Below are positions 60,279 to 64,000 of a DNA stretch of 64,000 bases, in pieces. The stretch covers positions 930,001 through 994,000 of the forward strand of contig SMSO01000025.1 in NCBI GenBank assembly GCA_004764695.1, written 5' to 3'. Position numbers and translations under genes: made by a program. This DNA comes from Schizochytrium sp. TIO01 (lineage: Eukaryota; Protista; Bigyra: Labyrinthulomycetes). The notes beneath the pieces were generated by a model that saw nothing but the letters and a program-made list of their open reading frames with translations, was not told the DNA's origin and ran no database searches. Within the stretch, counting starts at the first letter, position 1; every line of letters starts with the position of its first letter.

Positions 60279-60606
60279 TTTCTTACCTAGCCTCTTAACA
60301 AACTTGAAGACCTTAATTATTATTTTTTAATCTTATTTTCTTAATCTTTAAAAACATAATAAAAAATTTAAAAGTAAAAACGTAGAGAAGATACAAATGC
60401 TTCTCTTTTTTCTTTTCTTTTTTTCAAAATAAACAAACGGGGCAGGTTCCAATTTGCCAAATAAACCTAGTATCAAATCTGGCGGATTAACACCATTTTG
60501 TTAGCCGACAATAATTAATCCCTTCTATGATTCATATTCTAGGAATTTACTATACGTTTAGGTAGGAAAAACTAAGTGGGAAAAAAAAAGGGGAGAGGGA
60601 AATAAG

Positions 60607-60613
60607 AAAAAAA
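60607..60613 (-). terminator. Pol III T7 terminator of tRNA-Leu
   Basis: Run of seven T on the minus strand, 27 nt downstream of the tRNA 3' end. Confidence 0.7.
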
Positions 60614-60640
60614 TTGTATCGCGTTCACCGCGCGATTATG

Positions 60641-60734
60641 TGCAGAGTACGGGGTTCGAACCCGCGAGGCTCTCGCCATCGCATTTGCATAAGGTGCTTA
60701 AGTGCGACTCCTTAGACCACTCGGACAACCCTGC
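60641..60734 (-). tRNA. tRNA-Leu(TAA) with a 12-nt intron (60685-60696)
   Basis: Acceptor stem GCAGGGT/ACTCTGC-A; D-arm TCCGAGTGGTCTAAGGA; anticodon stem TCGCA/TGCGA with loop CT-TAA-G^A; long variable arm; T-loop GGTTCGAACCC; intron at the canonical 37/38 position. Confidence 0.95.
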
Positions 60735-60981
60735 TTCTTGTATGACTTCACTGCTTGACCAGGGAATTGCTGACCATACCGGACCAGGCTCGGTCAGGTA
60801 TTGGTGCACCACCCTGGCTTCTTTTCGGCCATGTTGCTAATGATGTTATCCAGGGTTATAAACAATTGCATGATGAGAGTATTTCCATATTCGAACTATG
60901 ATCCCATGTTACTACCACACTGGTATCCAGGTTTATAAACAAATTCATTGCGGCATTTTCGTTTGTATTATAATCATTAAA

Positions 60982-62043
60982 CTAAGAAGAATAGTACTTT
61001 TCAAAAATAGTATCTGGAGACATACCAAGAAAGACATAAGCTGCCACAAAGCCCCAGTTCCGCAACGAGTTTGCCAAGATACCGTTTTTCTCCCATCGCC
61101 GAGGAGAGCACAAGGCTTGGTCAGGATGAATATAAATTTTTAATCCATTTTTGAGTGCTTGAGCTCGAGCTTTCGAAACTAGTGCAAAGTCTTCCATCAT
61201 TCGAACCGCAGGAAACCCACCAAGAAGATAGTAGTCCTCCTTCCTGAACCCAAGGCTTTGGTCCCCGTAAGGAAGCCATAGCCAATTCGCACGAAGGTTT
61301 GTCAATCGCTCAAGACGCTGAAGCCCCTTTTCAAATTTTTCGCTTTCGACCGGTTCGACTGCATCATTTCTAACTAGTTCTGCACACACATTTCTTTGTG
61401 AAGAGAATGACGAAAGCGATGGTTGCACTCTGTTGACACCAAACGAGAATGCTGTCATCAAAACTTCTTTTCTTACTAGGCTGGATCGAATCGACCTGTC
61501 AAAGCCTATTGGAAGAGCGCAATCTGTATGAACAAACAAAAATAGGTCTCCAGATGCTAAAGCTGCACCGCTGCGCAAGGCATAGCCTCGTCCAGAATTT
61601 GAAGACCCGATTATAATCTTTGACCCTGGCGCACGATTTTGAAACTCGGAAATGTCTCCTTGAAAAGTGTCATCCTTGCAGCCAGCATCTACAAGAACAA
61701 TTTCCATTTCGTTCGGTTCTTGAGCTTTAGAGTATAGGTCTTCCACCATTTGAAGCAGGTTTTTACGGCCCTCGTTGTAAACAGGGATAATTATGCTTAG
61801 TTTGGCTAGTTTAGCTGTGGAGAGTATAGACGAGTCATTCTCAGCGGTCCGTTTGCAACCCTGGGTTGGATGTTTTTCTAACGGAACACTTGGCCGATCT
61901 GTCAAATGACCAAGCGACCAGCTGGGCAATACCAGATTGAATAGTGCTGCTGGCCACGTCACAGGTGCAGGAAGGAATGGTGCAACATAAGCAGCTGCCA
62001 CACACGTGGTTCCCAAGCAAGACCAGCGCACGAGTCGAATCAT
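60982..62043 (-). CDS. GT2 glycosyltransferase, TIGR04283-like family
   Basis: LSIIIPVYNE, VDAGCKD, GRG..L..GA, LFVHTD (family typically HAD), LPYGDQ, GGFP..MMED, SPRRWEKNG; N-terminal hydrophobic leader. Confidence 0.88.
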   Translation of the reverse strand: MIRLVRWSCLGTTCVAAAYVAPFLPAPVTWPAALFNLVLPSWSLGHLTDRPSVPLEKHPTQGCKRTAENDSSILSTAKLAKLSIIIPVYNEGRKNLLQMVEDLYSKAQEPNEMEIVLVDAGCKDDTFQGDISEFQNRAPGSKIIIGSSNSGRGYALRSGAALASGDLFLFVHTDCALPIGFDRSIRSSLVRKEVLMTAFSFGVNRVQPSLSSFSSQRNVCAELVRNDAVEPVESEKFEKGLQRLERLTNLRANWLWLPYGDQSLGFRKEDYYLLGGFPAVRMMEDFALVSKARAQALKNGLKIYIHPDQALCSPRRWEKNGILANSLRNWGFVAAYVFLGMSPDTIFEKYYSS

Positions 62044-62559
62044 CTCTCAGGAACTTATTGTGTAGTAAGTAACCTCTCAGACAGACAACGCTTGATTCCT
62101 TTCCTTGAACGAGTCTGTCGGCGTATCAGTCTTGAATCGTGGATATCCTCGCAGAAGCTTTCTAACGTAGCAGTGCAGTAAAGAGCAGGGAAGGAAGAGT
62201 CTTGCTTGTTCTGGCAAAAGATAAGAGTAGTTTATCTACCTCATCATGTGGTTCTGTGAGGTCTCGCAACACATACCATTGGTATTTCTGAAGAAGCCCT
62301 TCCAAGTTTGCTATTTTGTCTGTTCGTTTATTTTTATTTTATTATTTTATTATTTTATTATAGCTGCAAATATTCTTCAAACGTAGTGTATCAAAAGTTT
62401 GTCCCTCTGGGAGATCTCTATGGATGTTGAATTCTCAAAGTAAGATCTTTGTGAACGAAAATGGAGCGATTGAAACAGTCACTATAGGTCATTATTGTCT
62501 GAGGATGATGTTAGAACCGAAAATCAGGGCGCCAAGTTGATGTGTACGATTTCTTGAAT

Positions 62560-64000
62560 CTGCAGTAAAACGCTACCCAAATAGAATTGATAGGCTTACA
62601 ACGCTCTTGCGAAGATCCTCAGCATGGTGGTGAAGCTTACGAAGGTATATAATAAAAAAAATGTATCTACGATGTTGCAGAAATGGTGAATTCAGATTAA
62701 ATGCATGATGAGACTATAATAATGATGTGATCACACGTGATGCGACCAGTGAATATTGAAGTGAGCGGGAAGTACCACGAACATGTTTCTTGCTATGCAT
62801 ATTAGCAGACGAATGTAGAGAGTAGAGTGCTGCAGACGTAACACATCACAAATTACGAAGGAATTGTATCGTAAAATTGTATATTGGATTTCTTGTTGAA
62901 TTTCTTGATAAGCTCGACGCACAGTTTTGCCTAATCAACAGTCAAATATGTCTCAAGTAGATTGTACAGACTGCTCTTGATCTCGTTTTAAGAACTTACT
63001 TCGCCACTCTTTTGTCAATATCGACGTATGTGGCTAAGATTTATTGCATTGTTATTCGATTCCATATGTAGCTTTGACTGGTATCCGTTGATACCAAATC
63101 CCTCATGAAATGAAACTAACCGAGTTCAAAGGCTTTTGTGTTTACACTCGTGCAGATACTGCGTCTTATATCTTCTTGATACTTGGCCTATAGTAAAGTC
63201 CTGTCTTTTTTTTGGTTCTCGTTAAGTTCACCAAGCATCCTACGTGGAATCTGTTCCCGCTACAGTGCTTACTCGTCCATGTATATAACGCCATATGCTG
63301 AATTGACCTACAGACTTCGTTATTCTAAGTTACAAGTAACATTCGTAATACTCATTCCAACTTTATAATTAGCATGTCATATGACTAGAAGGGCTATAGC
63401 TTATTTCGCAAAATATTACCACCGGATTGCGCATCTGCAGTTTTGCTGATATAGATAGATTCACGATAGCTTATACGGGTTCTTTAATAGACATCTCGAT
63501 ACCTTCAACAAAGCAGCATTAAGCATCAAGTGCATAACGCTCTTCGAAATGGATGAAGGTCTTTAAAGAAGGCTTCCCGCTGTAAAGGTTGCTGTGCTGG
63601 GTTGAAATATGGATATTTTCCAACGAGTGAATAATGATCGTTGAAGTACGCCTTGCAGAATTAAAACTTATTGAGGTTAAAACAACGCGTGGGCTTAAGT
63701 GAGACGTTTAATAATGCTCTAAGTACAAATACCTGTAGCTTTTGTGCAGATGAGATTTGGGGACTTAACCATTTCGTGCTAATATAGCTTGACCAAGGGT
63801 GCTTTTCATCAAACATTGGTCTTCTCATGCTGAAAAATCACATCTTCGAGTTTGTAGCAAATTAATGTTCTGTTGGTTTGAATATGACAAGAGAATTCCT
63901 TGCTTTTCAGCCAATGTAGTTCTAAGGGGATTCCACTGGCTGCGTTCAATAAGAGTTTTGCTTTCGCAAACCTGGTAAAAACCGTAAAGGGTATTGACTA
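62560..64000 (-). other. Possible small exons of an unidentified multi-exon gene or pseudogene
   Basis: Short open stretches flanked by GT/AG, e.g. MRRPMFDEKHPW..AQKLQ|AYFNDHYSLVGKYPYF and VRRAYQEIQQEIQYTILRYNSF. No consistent gene model could be built. Confidence 0.25.

Larger units (their letters stand above)
58860..60290 (-). mobile_element. Decayed IS607-family (IS607EU/Fanzor2-type) transposon: tnpA serine recombinase plus tnpB/Fanzor2
   Basis: Collinear HTH, resolvase and TnpB motifs found by manual translation (see the two pseudogene entries). Element ends are not determined; boundaries approximate. Confidence 0.88.

Noticed and set aside
58880-60290. IS607 relic bracketed by splice-like GTAAG (60286-60282) and TTTTACAG (~58890-58883), suggesting an intron-like element
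   Set aside because: No flanking exons were identified, and such short motifs are expected by chance.
60640-60840. 66-aa ORF MQSTGFEPAR
   Set aside because: Antisense shadow of the tRNA-Leu gene.

Overview
This is eukaryotic nuclear DNA: gene-dense, with few short GT-AG introns, AT-rich spacers and an intron-containing tRNA. Gene content and style suggest a protist, plausibly a thraustochytrid-like stramenopile, but that is inference only. About 18 protein-coding genes are present: NADH-cytochrome b5 reductase, a tandem cNMP-binding protein, an ADAM/reprolysin-like metalloprotease, an ARM-repeat membrane protein, RPL19, JMJD8, a Qc-type syntaxin, GPN1, a formate/nitrite transporter, a ModF-like double ABC ATPase, TTI1, an Rpp14/Pop8-like protein, HEATR3/Syo1, a kinesin-3 ending in a CaaX box, an HVA22-like protein, ZPR1, BRCA2 and a GT2 glycosyltransferase. 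There is also tRNA-Leu(TAA), a decayed Ty1/copia element and several repeats. Four observations stand out. (1) At ~58.9-60.3 kb on the minus strand, largely missed by the ORF track, lies a decayed IS607-family element: serine-recombinase TnpA followed by a TnpB/Fanzor2 RNA-guided nuclease remnant, with a candidate omega-RNA region downstream. (2) BRCA2 carries 15 near-identical tandem BRC-like repeats with non-canonical motifs, plus one divergent copy. (3) The same BRCA2 has an apparent C-terminal ASCH (PUA-like) domain fusion. (4) Single-base frameshifts interrupt ZPR1 (twice), BRCA2 and the cNMP gene; these are most likely homopolymer assembly errors. All calls come from manual motif recognition; no database searches were run.
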